Below are positions 1-10,230 of a stretch of 64,000 bases of DNA, piece after piece (within the stretch, counting starts at the first letter, position 1; each line of letters starts with the position of its first letter). The notes under the pieces were generated by a model that was not told where the DNA came from, ran no database searches, and saw nothing but the letters and a program-made list of their open reading frames with translations. The stretch is taken from assembly GCA_963842525.1 (NCBI GenBank), contig CAWJGT010000009.1, positions 1,504,001 to 1,568,000 of the forward strand, read 5' to 3'. The DNA is from an uncultured Holophagales bacterium (GTDB lineage: Bacteria > Acidobacteriota > Thermoanaerobaculia > Multivoradales > UBA5704). The translations under genes were made by a program, and so were the position numbers.

Positions 1-43
1 GTAGTTACACGGTGGAGGCGGTACTACGTCACCAACGCGGCTG

Positions 44-155
44 CAGTGTCCCGGGACACTGGTTTTGCGGATCTTGCGCAGGCTTGTTGCCCCGGGGCAC
101 TGGCTCAATGCCCCGGGACGCCGGAGCAGTGTCCCGGGGCGCTGGTTCTGCGGAA
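44..155. repeat. Cluster of four REP-like palindromic units (core TGYCCCGGGRCRC)
   Basis: Perfect 18-bp palindrome CAGTGTCCCGGGACACTG at 44-61; variants at ~88-103, ~107-124 and 127-144. Units 1 and 4 share the flank GGTTYTGCGGA. Confidence 0.6.
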
Positions 156-169
156 GTCGCGCTGGCTCG

Positions 170-860
170 TCACACGAGCAGCGACGCCTGCCAGCGATCA
201 CCGCCGGCGGCCGCGGTCGCGCTCTCCGACAGCTCCCGGTCCCGGCCGTCGTACAGGGTGCGTAGTTGGAAAGCGCTCCGCTTGCCTCCCAGGTAGTCGG
301 CCGGATCCTTGGTGACCACCGAGACGACGCCGCCCAGGGCGTCGCTGCCGTAGAGGGAGGAGGCGGCGCTTCTGACGATGTCGACCGAATCGACGGCATC
401 GAGATCGAGGAAGGACTGGGTCACGGAGAGTGGGCCGAAGTTGAACTGCTCGGAGGTGGGCACGCCGTCGATCAACGTTAACACCCGGTTGCCGCCGATC
501 CCCCGGATGTTGAAGCCCGAGAGCCCCAGACGGTTGGGGTCACCTTCGACATAGAGGCCCGGCTCGTAGCGTACGAGGTCGCGGACATCGGTCGACACCT
601 CGCGCTCGATGCGGTCGGCACCGAGCACGGACACCGATCCGGGTGCGTCCTTGAGGCTGTTCGGCGTCCGTATTGCGGTGACGGTAAGCGTGTCGAGGAA
701 TGTGGTCTGCGGCGGCGCCTCGTCCTGCGCAGGTTGCGTAGCATCGACCTGGGCTTCGGATGTTGAGGGTTCCGTCTGGGCAGGTGCGCCACGCACGCGC
801 CGCGTCCCGGTTACCAGGTGGCCCGGTGCAGCTCCCCCGAGTGAGACCGGGCCACCTCTC
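170..860 (-). pseudogene. TonB-dependent (heme/hemoglobin-type) receptor, truncated after the plug domain
   Basis: TonB box DTLTVTA and plug motifs (DLVRYEPGL, FNIRGIGGNRVLTLIDGVP, SSLYGSDALGGVV). TGA at 170-172 follows only the first barrel strands. No clear signal peptide in frame; start uncertain. Confidence 0.8.
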
Positions 861-889
861 TTTATGCCGGTCCCCGCGGGCCGGCTTTC

Positions 890-949
890 TGTTATTGAGA
901 TAATGTCAGCAACAAGAAGATTCTGTACCGGATCGGTACGGATTGTCAA
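890..949 (-). promoter_or_regulatory. Putative sigma70 promoter with downstream Fur-like box for the TonB receptor
   Basis: Minus strand reads TTGACA (949-944)-N18-CAGAAT, then the AT-rich imperfect palindrome TGACATTATCTCAATAA (~907-892), loosely resembling a Fur box. Confidence 0.4.
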
Positions 950-958
950 GGGACGTGT

Positions 959-1002
959 TACCCCCTGTCTCGCTGGCAGCGACACAGGGGGTAGGTTTTT
1001 TT
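959..1002. terminator. Intrinsic terminator-like hairpin downstream of the M16 operon
   Basis: Stem TACCCCCTGT/ACAGGGGGTA (959-968/984-993) with a T7 run on the + strand. Confidence 0.55.
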
Positions 1003-1023
1003 GTAGAGAGGAAGCGGAGCAGC

Positions 1024-2520
1024 TCAGCCGGCCGGCTTCGAATCGGCCTTGGGCTGCCGCAGGTCGGCGCGCAGCAGGTCGAGCTCCTGATAGGGGATGA
1101 CCTCGATCGGACCGTGCTTCTTCTCGAGGTCGGCCCGGAACGCCGAGGCATTACCGGCCAGCACGATCAGCGGCGGGGTGTCCTGAATGCGCCGGCCGGC
1201 GAAGCTCTTCACCTGGTCGGCGGTCACGGCATCGAGCCGGTCCCGATAGCTCTCCAGGTACTCCCGGCCGAGGCCGTACTTCATCGCCTCGAGCACCTTG
1301 GCCGCGATTCCCTCGGCGGTCTCGATCTCCAGGGGGAAGACGCCGGTGAGATAGGTCTTGCGCGTCGCCAGCTCCTCCTGAGGCACGGGCTGCTCCTTCA
1401 GGCCGCGGATGACCGCCAGTACCGTATCCAGCGCCTCTAGAGTGGACTCGGTCTTGGTGAACGTATTGGCCGTGAACGACCCCGGCTGGAGCATGTAGAG
1501 GAACGCGCTGCCGGCGCCGTAGGAGAGCCCGCGCTTGCGGCGGATCTCTTCGTACAGGCGGGCGCTCGCGCCGCCCCCGAGGACCGCGTTGTAGACCTGG
1601 GAGACGAAGTAGTCCGGGTCGGTGTAGGCGAGCCCGATCTGGCCCGTCCGGATCTCGGTCTGGACCGCGTCCGGCTTGTCGATCACCACGATCCGGGGCT
1701 TCCCGGCGGCGGGAGCCTGGATCTTCGGGATCTCGTGCGCCTGTCCCTTGGGCCAGGCGCCGAAGGCGCGCTCGACCTTGGCGAAGGCCTCCGCGGGCTT
1801 GACGTCGCCGACCACCGCGAGGATCGCCTCATTGGGCACGTAGTGCTCGCGGTGGAAGGCGACCAGGTCTTCGCGCGTGAGGCTCTGCACCGAGGCGGGC
1901 GTCCCGGCATCGGGCAGCCCATAGGGGTGATCGCCGAACACCGCGCGGTCGAGGCTGGCGTCGGCGAGATAGCCGGCGTCCTCGACCTGCACGCGCAGGC
2001 CGTTCAGCGTCTGTCCCCGCCAGCGCTCGATCTCGTCGGCCGGGAAGCTGGGGCGGAGGATCACGTCGGAGAGCAGATCCAGCCCGAGGTCGAGCTGGTC
2101 GGAGGTCGTCTGCGCGATGGCGCCGGCTGAATCCCAGCTCCCGTAGGTGGCCAGGTTGCCGCCCACCGCGTCGATGGCCTCCGCGATCTGCTGCGCCGAG
2201 CGGCTCTGGGTACCCTGGCGGAGGAGCTCGGCCGTGGCATTGGCGACGCCCGCCTTGCCGGCCGGGGTGAAGACCTTGCCGGCCAGGATCTGGAGCTGCA
2301 GGCTCACGGTCGGCGTCTCATGGTGCTCGACCACCACGACCCGCAGCCCGTTGGGCAGAGTCTTCTGCTCGAAGGCGGGGAAGTGGATCTTCTTCTCGGG
2401 CTGCGGCGGCGGAGGGGTCTGCTTCGGCTTCGCGGCCGGTTGCTGGGCGCTCGCCGCGGCGGCCGCGGCCCACAGGGACAGCGCCAGCACGGCGCTCCTG
2501 CGCGAAATCTTCGTCTTCAT
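1024..2520 (-). CDS. M16B (pitrilysin-family) peptidase, non-catalytic subunit, with signal peptide
   Basis: LPNGLRVVVVE, LGGGASARLYEEIRRKRGLSYG; lacks HxxEH; N-terminal signal peptide; ATGA overlap with the upstream M16 gene. Confidence 0.9.
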   Translation of the reverse strand: MKTKISRRSAVLALSLWAAAAAASAQQPAAKPKQTPPPPQPEKKIHFPAFEQKTLPNGLRVVVVEHHETPTVSLQLQILAGKVFTPAGKAGVANATAELLRQGTQSRSAQQIAEAIDAVGGNLATYGSWDSAGAIAQTTSDQLDLGLDLLSDVILRPSFPADEIERWRGQTLNGLRVQVEDAGYLADASLDRAVFGDHPYGLPDAGTPASVQSLTREDLVAFHREHYVPNEAILAVVGDVKPAEAFAKVERAFGAWPKGQAHEIPKIQAPAAGKPRIVVIDKPDAVQTEIRTGQIGLAYTDPDYFVSQVYNAVLGGGASARLYEEIRRKRGLSYGAGSAFLYMLQPGSFTANTFTKTESTLEALDTVLAVIRGLKEQPVPQEELATRKTYLTGVFPLEIETAEGIAAKVLEAMKYGLGREYLESYRDRLDAVTADQVKSFAGRRIQDTPPLIVLAGNASAFRADLEKKHGPIEVIPYQELDLLRADLRQPKADSKPAG

Positions 2521-3911
2521 GGCTTCACCTCGTTCTGGCCGCTCTTCGCCTCACCCCCCTGGGCCGGCCGCATGGCTTCGGGCAGCATGTGGACCACGGT
2601 GCGGTTCTCGGGACGGAAGTACTTCTTCGCCACCGCCTGCACGTCGGCCGCGGTGACCTTCTGGAAGCGCGCGAGCTCGTCGTTGACGAGGCGCCAGTCG
2701 CCCAGGATCACCTCCGCATGGCCGAGCGCGTCCGCCTTGGCGTCGTCGGTCTGGCGTTGGAAGACCAGGTTGGCGATGAGCTGGTTCTTGGCTTTCTCCA
2801 GCTCCGCGCTCGTGACCGGCTCGCTCTTGAGCTTTTCAATGGCCGCTTCCAAAGTCTTCTGCCCCTCCTCGGCGGCGTGCCCCTGCTGCAGGATGGCGAA
2901 GAACCAGAAGACTCCGGGGTCCTCCAGGGTGATCGTCTGGCCGCCGGCCTGCAGGGCCATCTGCTTCTCGTAGACCATCTCGCGATAGAGGCGGGAGCTC
3001 TGGCCGTCGGAGAGGATGCGGCTCGCCACCTCCAGCGCATAGAGGTCGGAATGCCCCTCCTCCGGCACGTGATAGGTGAAGATCACCGCCGGCAGTGGTG
3101 TGCGGGAGTCGTAGTCCACCAGCCGCCGCTCGGCCGTCTGCTCCGGCTCCACCGGGACATCGCGGGGGATGTCCTTTCCCTTCGCAATCGGACCGAAGTA
3201 CTTCTCGACCCACGTCAGGGTTTGGGCGGGATCGAAGTCGCCCGAGATCACCAGGGTGGCGTTGTTCGGCACGTAGTAGACGCGGTGGAACTCGCGCACG
3301 TCCTCGATGGTCGCGGCATTCAAGTCTGCCATGCTGCCGATGGGCAGGATCTTGTAGGGATGCGTGGTGAACGTGTTGTCCAGGACGACCTCGAAAAGGC
3401 GGCCGAACGGCGGATTCTCCACCCGCAGCCTGCGCTCCTCCTTGACCACGTCGCGCTCGGAGAGAAAGTTCGCCTCCGAGACGTCGAGGGTGCGCATGCG
3501 GTCGGCTTCCATCCAGAGCACCCGCTCCAGGTAGTTGCTGGGGAACACCTGGAAATAGAGGGTCCGGTCGAAGTCGGTCGTAGCGTTGTAGCGCCCGCCG
3601 ATCGACGCGAGGAAGTTCTTGTGCTCCTCGGGGCCGACGTTCTCCGAGCCCTTGAACATCAGGTGCTCGAACAGATGGGCGAAGCCGCTCCGCCCCTTGC
3701 GCTCGTCCTTCGAGCCGACGTGATACCAGACCTGGGTCGATACCACTGGAACGGAGTGGTCCTCGTGGAGCAGGACCTTGAGGCCGTTGGTGAGCTGGTG
3801 CTCCTGCGCCTCGATCTTCGGCGGTGCGACCTTGAGCGTGGCCGCCGCGGCGAACGCCGGGAGGGCCAGAGCCAGCCCGAGGGCCAGACAGAAGGTGGTT
3901 CGTTTGGGCAT
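2517..3911 (-). CDS. M16B zinc peptidase, catalytic subunit, with signal peptide
   Basis: WYHVGSKDE..SGFAHLFEHLMFKG (HxxEH) and VVKEERR; start MPKRTTFCLALGLALAL at 3911 with RBS AAGGAG. Confidence 0.92.
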   Translation of the reverse strand: MPKRTTFCLALGLALALPAFAAAATLKVAPPKIEAQEHQLTNGLKVLLHEDHSVPVVSTQVWYHVGSKDERKGRSGFAHLFEHLMFKGSENVGPEEHKNFLASIGGRYNATTDFDRTLYFQVFPSNYLERVLWMEADRMRTLDVSEANFLSERDVVKEERRLRVENPPFGRLFEVVLDNTFTTHPYKILPIGSMADLNAATIEDVREFHRVYYVPNNATLVISGDFDPAQTLTWVEKYFGPIAKGKDIPRDVPVEPEQTAERRLVDYDSRTPLPAVIFTYHVPEEGHSDLYALEVASRILSDGQSSRLYREMVYEKQMALQAGGQTITLEDPGVFWFFAILQQGHAAEEGQKTLEAAIEKLKSEPVTSAELEKAKNQLIANLVFQRQTDDAKADALGHAEVILGDWRLVNDELARFQKVTAADVQAVAKKYFRPENRTVVHMLPEAMRPAQGGEAKSGQNEVKP

Positions 3912-3980
3912 CCCTTCTCCTTTCACAGGGACCACAACACCAGGCGCCAAGTGTACGATTCCTTGCAGAGGAAAGTTTAG

Positions 3981-5237
3981 ATGAACCTTCAGAAAATACG
4001 CAACCTCCTTCGACCGGCGTTTCTCGTCCCGCTCATGGTGCTCCTCGCGGCCCCCCTCGCCGCCAAGGAGCCGTCCCTCCATCTCGCGATCGGCGATCCG
4101 GCCCGCAAGGACCGGGAGGTGCCGGTGGTCCTCGACGGGATCACCGACGCCCGCACCGGCGACCTGCTGGGGCCTGGGGACCTGCCCGCGCGGCTGGCGG
4201 ACGTCCGGCTGCTCCTGGTGGGCGAGAGCCATACCGACGCCGACTTCCATCAGGTCCAGCTCCGCGTGCTGGAGGAGCTCCAGCGGGCCGGACGGCCGGT
4301 TCTGATCGGCCTCGAGATGTACCCCTACACCGAGCAGCCGTCCCTCGACCAGTGGATCGACGGCCTGCTGACCGAGCACGGCTTCGTCCGGCTCTCGCGC
4401 TGGTACAAGAGCTGGGGCTACAACTGGGGCTACTACCGCGACATCTTCCTCTTCGCCCGCGACCACGGCATCCGGATGTTCGCCGTCAACGCGCCGCGGG
4501 AGATCGTCACGGCGGTGCGCGAGAAGGGCATCGACCATCTGAGCCCCGAGGGGGCGGCCCACCTGCCGCGCCAGATCGACACATCGAGCACCGAGCACCG
4601 CGCCCTGATCCGCTCCTTCTTCGGCGCCGACGATCCGCTCCACGGCGGCATGACCCCCGAGCAGTCCGACGCCATGTACGCGGCCCAGTGCACCTGGGAC
4701 GCCACCATGGGGCACAACGCGGTGAAGGCTCTGCGCGAGCACGGCAGCCCCGGCGCGGTGATGGTGGTGCTCGTCGGCTCCGGCCACGTGGCCTACGGCC
4801 TGGGCATCCAGCGCCAGGTAGCCGCCGGCTTCGAGAAGGAATTCGGCGGGCGGATCGCGTCCCTGATCCCGGTCACGGTGCGCGACGACGACGGCGATCC
4901 GGTGGACACCGTCCGCGCCTCCTATGCCGACTTCGTCTGGGGCCTACCCCCGGAGTCCGATCCGGTCTGGCCCGGGCTGGGCTTGTCGACCGGCAGCGGA
5001 GAAGGGGAGAAGGCGCGCAAAGTCCTCTTCGTGACCAAGGGCACGCCGGCCGCACAGGCCGGCTTCGAGGCCGGCGACCTCCTGCTGACGATCGACGGCG
5101 CGCCCATCCCGGACAAGGAGGCCTTCAACCGGGCCCTGGCCGGCAAGCGCTGGGGGGACTCCGCTGTGTTCACCATCAAGCGGGGGGAGGAGACGCGGAC
5201 GCTGACGGTTGCGTTCCGCAGACAGCGCAGCGGGTAA
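3981..5237 (+). CDS. ChaN-family (iron-regulated heme-uptake-like) protein with C-terminal PDZ domain
   Basis: LLVGESH, IGLEM, AQCTWDATMG and LVGSGHVAYGLGI motifs of ChaN/DUF399; PDZ-like GTPAAQAGFEAGDLLLTIDG; signal peptide. Confidence 0.85.
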   Translation: MNLQKIRNLLRPAFLVPLMVLLAAPLAAKEPSLHLAIGDPARKDREVPVVLDGITDARTGDLLGPGDLPARLADVRLLLVGESHTDADFHQVQLRVLEELQRAGRPVLIGLEMYPYTEQPSLDQWIDGLLTEHGFVRLSRWYKSWGYNWGYYRDIFLFARDHGIRMFAVNAPREIVTAVREKGIDHLSPEGAAHLPRQIDTSSTEHRALIRSFFGADDPLHGGMTPEQSDAMYAAQCTWDATMGHNAVKALREHGSPGAVMVVLVGSGHVAYGLGIQRQVAAGFEKEFGGRIASLIPVTVRDDDGDPVDTVRASYADFVWGLPPESDPVWPGLGLSTGSGEGEKARKVLFVTKGTPAAQAGFEAGDLLLTIDGAPIPDKEAFNRALAGKRWGDSAVFTIKRGEETRTLTVAFRRQRSG

Positions 5238-5250
5238 AATGGTGCTCCAG

Positions 5251-5333
5251 GCCGGAGTGGCGAAATGGCAGACGCAGGAGACTTAAAATCTTCCGCCCTT
5301 ACGGGCATGCGGGTTCGAGTCCCGCCTCCGGCA
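5251..5333 (+). tRNA. tRNA-Leu: tRNA-Leu(TAA)
   Basis: GCCGGAG/CTCCGGC acceptor stem, D-loop GGCGAAATGGCAGACGC, anticodon loop CTTAAAA, long variable arm, T-loop GGTTCGAGTCC. Confidence 0.96.
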
Positions 5334-5352
5334 TCACAGTAAAGATCTATAG

Positions 5353-5432
5353 AATCAGTAGCTTAGAAGGATTGTCTGTGTTGGGCCTTCCCTCGGCAGG
5401 GGCCGCTCGTGTACCATTTTTGTACCAGTGCC
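5353..5432 (+). other. attL arm: IHF-like site and integrase arm-type repeats
   Basis: AATCAGTAGCTTA matches WATCARNNNNTTR; two TGTACCA copies 11 bp apart at 5410-5427, repeated near 16335. Confidence 0.55.
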
Positions 5433-5447
5433 TGAGGGAGGATCTGC

Positions 5448-6554
5448 ATGGCGACGATTCGGAAGCGCAAGGGCAAGAACGGACGGATGACTTACGTAGC
5501 ACAAATCAGACTGGCGGGGAGACCCAGCATTGCCAAGACCTTCGAGCGCTTGACCGACGCCAGGGAGTGGGCTGCCAAGGCAGAGACTGAGATGCGGCGG
5601 AACCGCGTGCTCGGTGGACGCCGGACAGTGGCCCAAGCCATCGATCACTATCGCGCTCAGCAGATTGGGACCCTTTCACCGGCCCACATCGTCCACCGAG
5701 AACGCCAAGTCGCTTGGTGGAAGGAACGGGTTGGACGGGTCCTTCTCGAAGATATCGGCCCGAGCCACGTCAACGAGCACCTTCGAACTCTTGAGGGTCG
5801 CAAGGTGGCGACGCGGAATCGCTATCGCGCGGCTATCTCGGCAGTGCTCTCCTTTGTGGTGGAGGAGGAGTGGCTAAGCGCGAACCCTCTTCACGGGCGC
5901 CGTCGGCGACACCGCTCCCTCGGAGAGCGGGAAGAGGAGAGAGACCGTGAGGTGACTCCGCAGGAATGGGAGCGTCTCCAAGATGCGTGCCGGCGCTGCA
6001 GGGACCCAAGGCTCTACGCGCTCGTCTTGTGTGCTCATGCAAGCGGGGCTCGGCAGGGTGAGCTGCTGGGGATGGAGTGGCGGAGGCTTGAGCTTAAGCC
6101 TTGGGTTTTAGACCCTGAGACTGGGAACCGTCGTCAGGGTGTTCCCCGTTGCGAGGTGATGGCTACGAAGAACGGCACGAGCCGAATCTTGTACTTCCCG
6201 GGCGAGGCGGGGGAGCTTCTTGGCGCGATGCGAGCAAAGGCAGTGCTGTCGCGTTACGTCTTCGCTCGTCCAGGAGATGCCGCGAATCTTGAACCTAGGT
6301 TTCCGGGGTTTCCGGATCACGCCTGGCGGCACTGGCGGGACAAAGCCGGACTTTCTGATGTCCGGTTCCATGATTTGAGGCATACCTGGGCCTGCGAGAT
6401 GTTAGACAGCGGGGCTACCTTGGCCCAGCTGATGATTCTGGGGGGCTGGAAGACGGCGAGCATGGTTCGCAGGTATGCAGCACGGGCGCAGAGGCACGGG
6501 TCAGACGCGGTAGAAGTGCGGCATGCAAGAATGCAGGGAGGTCGGCTCGTTTAA
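5448..6554 (+). CDS. Tyrosine recombinase / phage-type integrase
   Basis: Catalytic residues R (SGARQGE), K (ATKNG), HDLRH, GGW, Y (RRYA); directly downstream of the tRNA; RBS GGAGG. Confidence 0.95.
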   Translation: MATIRKRKGKNGRMTYVAQIRLAGRPSIAKTFERLTDAREWAAKAETEMRRNRVLGGRRTVAQAIDHYRAQQIGTLSPAHIVHRERQVAWWKERVGRVLLEDIGPSHVNEHLRTLEGRKVATRNRYRAAISAVLSFVVEEEWLSANPLHGRRRRHRSLGEREEERDREVTPQEWERLQDACRRCRDPRLYALVLCAHASGARQGELLGMEWRRLELKPWVLDPETGNRRQGVPRCEVMATKNGTSRILYFPGEAGELLGAMRAKAVLSRYVFARPGDAANLEPRFPGFPDHAWRHWRDKAGLSDVRFHDLRHTWACEMLDSGATLAQLMILGGWKTASMVRRYAARAQRHGSDAVEVRHARMQGGRLV

Positions 6555-6557
6555 TGT

Positions 6558-6830
6558 TCACCGGCTGACATGACGTCGGTCGGGCGGTGCTGTATCTCGT
6601 AGCCAGCGCAGGAAGGGCTTCTCGTAAAGATACAGTCGGCGCCCCTTGGTCACCACGGCGCCGCATTGCTCGAGTCCATTTGAGGCACGGTGAAAGAGCC
6701 AATCGCGCACTGTCCCGGGCTTGAACCCGTGACGCGTACACATCTTGGCTGGTGTTAGAGGGGTCTCGACGGGTTCCAGCTTTTCAAGGCGCTCTCTAAG
6801 ATCCGCGATCTCCCGCTCCTGAATCTCCAC
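6558..6830 (-). CDS. Small HTH DNA-binding protein (excisionase-like)
   Basis: LTPAKMC..GFKPGTVRDWLFHRASNGL..GAVVTKGRRLYL..FLRWL; convergent with the integrase; upstream region interrupted by IS701. Confidence 0.65.
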   Translation of the reverse strand: MEIQEREIADLRERLEKLEPVETPLTPAKMCTRHGFKPGTVRDWLFHRASNGLEQCGAVVTKGRRLYLYEKPFLRWLRDTAPPDRRHVSR

Positions 6831-6852
6831 ACGCTTTACCAGCTCATTAATT

Positions 6853-8692
6853 CTACTTTGTCAGACTGTGGGGTAGCGGGTAGGAGCCCGTCAAGATCGG
6901 TCCAGCCGTCCCGTCGCGTCCGCTCTTCCATGGCTCATCCGGCGGTCTTAAGGTCTTGATTCCAGACACCTCGGCGGTGTAGAGTTCCGGCAAGGCGCCA
7001 TTGTGGCGCCGCCGGAAGATACCGAGATGCCAAACTCCCCACCTGAAGGGACGTAAGTCCAAGGAGAAAGCCGATGCCCCAACCCCACTTGAAGACATGG
7101 GGCAACGGTTCCAGAGCTTTACAGAGCGCTACGAGGGTCACTTTCAGCGCTGGATGCGCTCTGTTGTCCGTCAGGCCCAGAATTATCTACAGGGCTTGAT
7201 GCAGGCCAGCCGCAAAAACATGGAGCGCATGGAGGAAGTCGTGCCGGATTGCGACTATCAGTCGCTCCAGCACTTTGTCTCTGTTTCAGAGTGGGATTTT
7301 CGTGCGGTGCTGGACCAGGTGGCGGTGGAAGCGGACCGCCATCTTGGCGGGTCTGAAGACTCCTGTCTGATCCTTGACGAGAGCTCCTTCGAGAAAAAGG
7401 GAGAGATGTCCGTGGGTGTGGCGCGGCAATAGTCAGGCCGCCTGGGGAAGGTGGAGAACTGTCAAGTGGCGGTCTTTGCCGCCTTGTCTGAAGGGCTGCA
7501 TGCGATCTTGATCGACACCCGCTTGTACCTTCCCGAAGCATGGATTCGGGATCAAGAGAGATGCCGGGCGGCCGGCATTCCCGAGTCCGAGATGGTTTTG
7601 AAAAGCAAGACAGACCTGGCCTTCGAGATCGTTGTGCATGCTCACGACAACGGTGTACGTTTCAGTTGGGTGTGTGTCGATGGTGGGTATGGCAAGGAGC
7701 CTGGCTTTCTGCGCCGTTTGGAGAATCACGGGGAGGTGTTTGTCGCCGAAGTCCACAGAGATCAGCGGATCTACGTAGAAGATCCCGACCCCCGCGTACC
7801 CGAGCCGAAGCCGCGCGGCAAGAAGCCGACGCAGTTGCAGGCACAGAGTGCGAGCCAGCGCGTGGATGAATGGGTGAAAGCTCAACCCGCCGAGTCCTGG
7901 CAGCCGGTGACGGTTCGTCCGGGTAGCCAAGGGGAGTTGCGGGTGGAGGCGTTGCATGCGCGCGTGTGGCTGTGGGACGGCAGTGAAGAGAAGGGCCACT
8001 TGTGGCATGTTGTGGCGACGCGGGAGGTGGGTTCGCCAGAAACGATCAAGTACGCGCTGAGCAACGCCCCTGCGGAGACCTCTGTGGAGCGGTTGGTGCA
8101 GATGCAGCGGCGGCGTTTTTGGATCGAGCGTTGCTTCGAGGACGGCAAGAGCGAGTGTGGAATGGCAGACTACCAGGTGCGTGGTTGGCTCGCCTGGCAC
8201 CATCATATGGCGTTGGTGATGATGGCGATGCTTTTTATGTTGGAGGAGAAGCTCGCACAAAAGAAAAGCTACCCGCTGTTGAGCTGTTCTGACATCGAGG
8301 TCTTGTTGGCTCACTTTTTGCCGCGGCGTGACACTACGGTTGCGGAGGTGGTTCGTCAGATGGAGGCTCGGCACAGGGCACGCCAAAACGCCATTGAATC
8401 AGCCTATCGACGACAACAACGTGCTGATGAATTGGAAGCGATCACCCGGCGCCTGAACGGCCAGTAGAGACCGAAGACGGACTGCGGTCATCGAGGCGGA
8501 GGTGAAGCTTCTCACCTCCGGGTGTAATCCTCTTTGTCTCCGGCAGACCTAAAGAGGCGCTTCTGGGTAACCCGGTACGCCGAAAGGTATGGTTGGAGGT
8601 GGTGGAGCGCGGGCATCGCGGCCGGGTTATGCCGAACTTCCGCTGCCACCCTTCAGGCTGCGCTTATACCCGCACTCAGTCTGACAAAGTAG
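6853..8692 (+). mobile_element. IS701-family insertion sequence
   Basis: 16-bp perfect terminal IR CTACTTTGTCAGACTG / CAGTCTGACAAAGTAG; flanking AATT on both sides (6849-6852, 8693-8696). Confidence 0.9.
7097..8467 (+). pseudogene. IS701 transposase with in-frame TAG at 7430-7432
   Basis: RKNMERM, LILDESSFEKKG..SVGVARQ*SGRLGKVENCQ, DGGYG, RFWIERCFEDGKSECGMADYQVR; both ORFs lie in the same frame. Confidence 0.9.
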
Positions 8693-8963
8693 AATTAGGA
8701 ATCGGATTCGGCTGCACCTTGGTTGTCCTCGCCCTGCATGGGATCCGTGTGTTGGGAGGTCATCTCATCGATATTGCCCTTCCTCTCGGTACTCGCGTTG
8801 CCCCTTCTATCTCGGATGTCTGGGAGACCCTGGTTTACGGGGTCCGGCTCTTCGAAACTATCGTATTCGAGACGCTACTCATATTACCCATTGTCGGAAT
8901 AATCGTGCTGCCCCGATTCCTGCGCCGCCGCCTGGGCCGCCGGCTCCGGTCGGGAGGACGGCC

Positions 8964-10230
8964 ATGGGCGCACTGCTCTCGAGAGCCGACCGGATTGCTC
9001 GCGGAGTCCTGCTTCATTACACCGATCTGCCGAAACTGGTGGGGCCGGAGTGGCCTCGGCTGTATTGGTCTCTTCTCGACCGCCTCGACGAGTTCCACGC
9101 CGCCACCGACGAGGACTCCCGAGAGCGGATCACTCTCGCCTTGCTGGACTTACTGCTGCAGCGTCCCCTTTTCGACAGAGAGCTGGCTCACCGTTGGCCT
9201 CACCGTACCTCGATGGCGAGCCATCGCGAGGCCCGGTCGACCGTTTTCAGGCCAGTGCCCTTATCGAGCTTCTAGATCGCCTGCTTCGGCCCTCCCGCTT
9301 CCGCGGCTAGGTCGAGCTGACTCATCCCCAGGTGATCCGTATCGGAACCCGGGCTCTTGTATCGCTCGCCTTCCTGCCTGCGGGGGCAGTGGAAGGTGCG
9401 GCTGGCGCCTTGGAGCTGAAGGAGACGATTCCGGTTCAGGTGCGGGCGTGGGGCGAAGGTGTTTTCCTGTACTCCGGGCGAACAGCTCATTCACCTAGAC
9501 CGGAGTTCTCTGCCACGCCAACTGACCTATGAGATCACGGGTCTCACTCCCTGCCCGGGGCTTCTCGTCATTGAGATCCGGCAGGAGAGACGATTGCTCA
9601 AGGTCCTCCATGGCCGTATCCATATCGAGGAGAATCCTGCTGTCAAAAGCCCTCCACCGACGGCTTTCAGCCGCGACCCTGAGGCATAAAACTGCCGCCC
9701 GACTACCGCCGCAGTTTTATCAGAGGATCTCAGGGGTCCGGTCGATTCCCCTTCGAAGCAGGGGGGCGGGCAGCACCCGTCCCGACGCTCTCATTCATTT
9801 CGACCTGTCGGAGAGTGGACGTTTTCGGATCTCTCTGGAGTTCGACAACTCCCGTGGATTGGCGACTCAGGCAAAACGCCGCCTGGAGTCCGATCCAATC
9901 GTCTACTGGCGCAGCCTGCGGGCCGAGTTGGAACGACTCCCGACCGGCGATCCCCTCCGTGAACTCGAGCGGATCAGTGGGCGCCTCTACCAGGAAGGGT
10001 GGCCAGCCGCACTCATCCCCGCCATGGAGGAGTTACTTGCCAGCGACGCCCGAACCGTTCAAGTGTGCTTCTCGCATCGGTGGCTGATCCCCTGGGAGCT
10101 CCTCCGCCCCTACGGCCTATCAGCAGCTCCACGGTCCAGGAAAGCTTTCTCTGCGAGCGCTTCGACATGGCCCTCTGGCACTTTTCGGAGACGGCCATTC
10201 GGCCCTCCGTGCGTCTCGTCTCGCGGGCTC
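8964..10230 (+). pseudogene. Frameshifted remnant of a CHAT-domain-associated protein
   Basis: Successive frames give ..PDALIHF.., LERISGRLYQE..PAAL, WLIPWELLRP, then FLCERFDMALW, typical of the region preceding a CHAT (caspase-HetF) domain; the catalytic part is absent. Confidence 0.55.

Noticed and set aside
44-155. CRISPR array
   Set aside because: Units are degenerate and irregularly spaced, with no unique spacers of constant length and no cas genes.
2517-4787. 756-aa ORF as a single protein
   Set aside because: The N-terminal ~290 aa are antisense to the ChaN gene; the signal peptide and RBS place the start at 3911.
6830-8770. Reconstructing a longer xis-like gene across the IS701 insertion
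   Set aside because: Removing the IS and one AATT gives an open frame but no in-frame ATG before an upstream stop.
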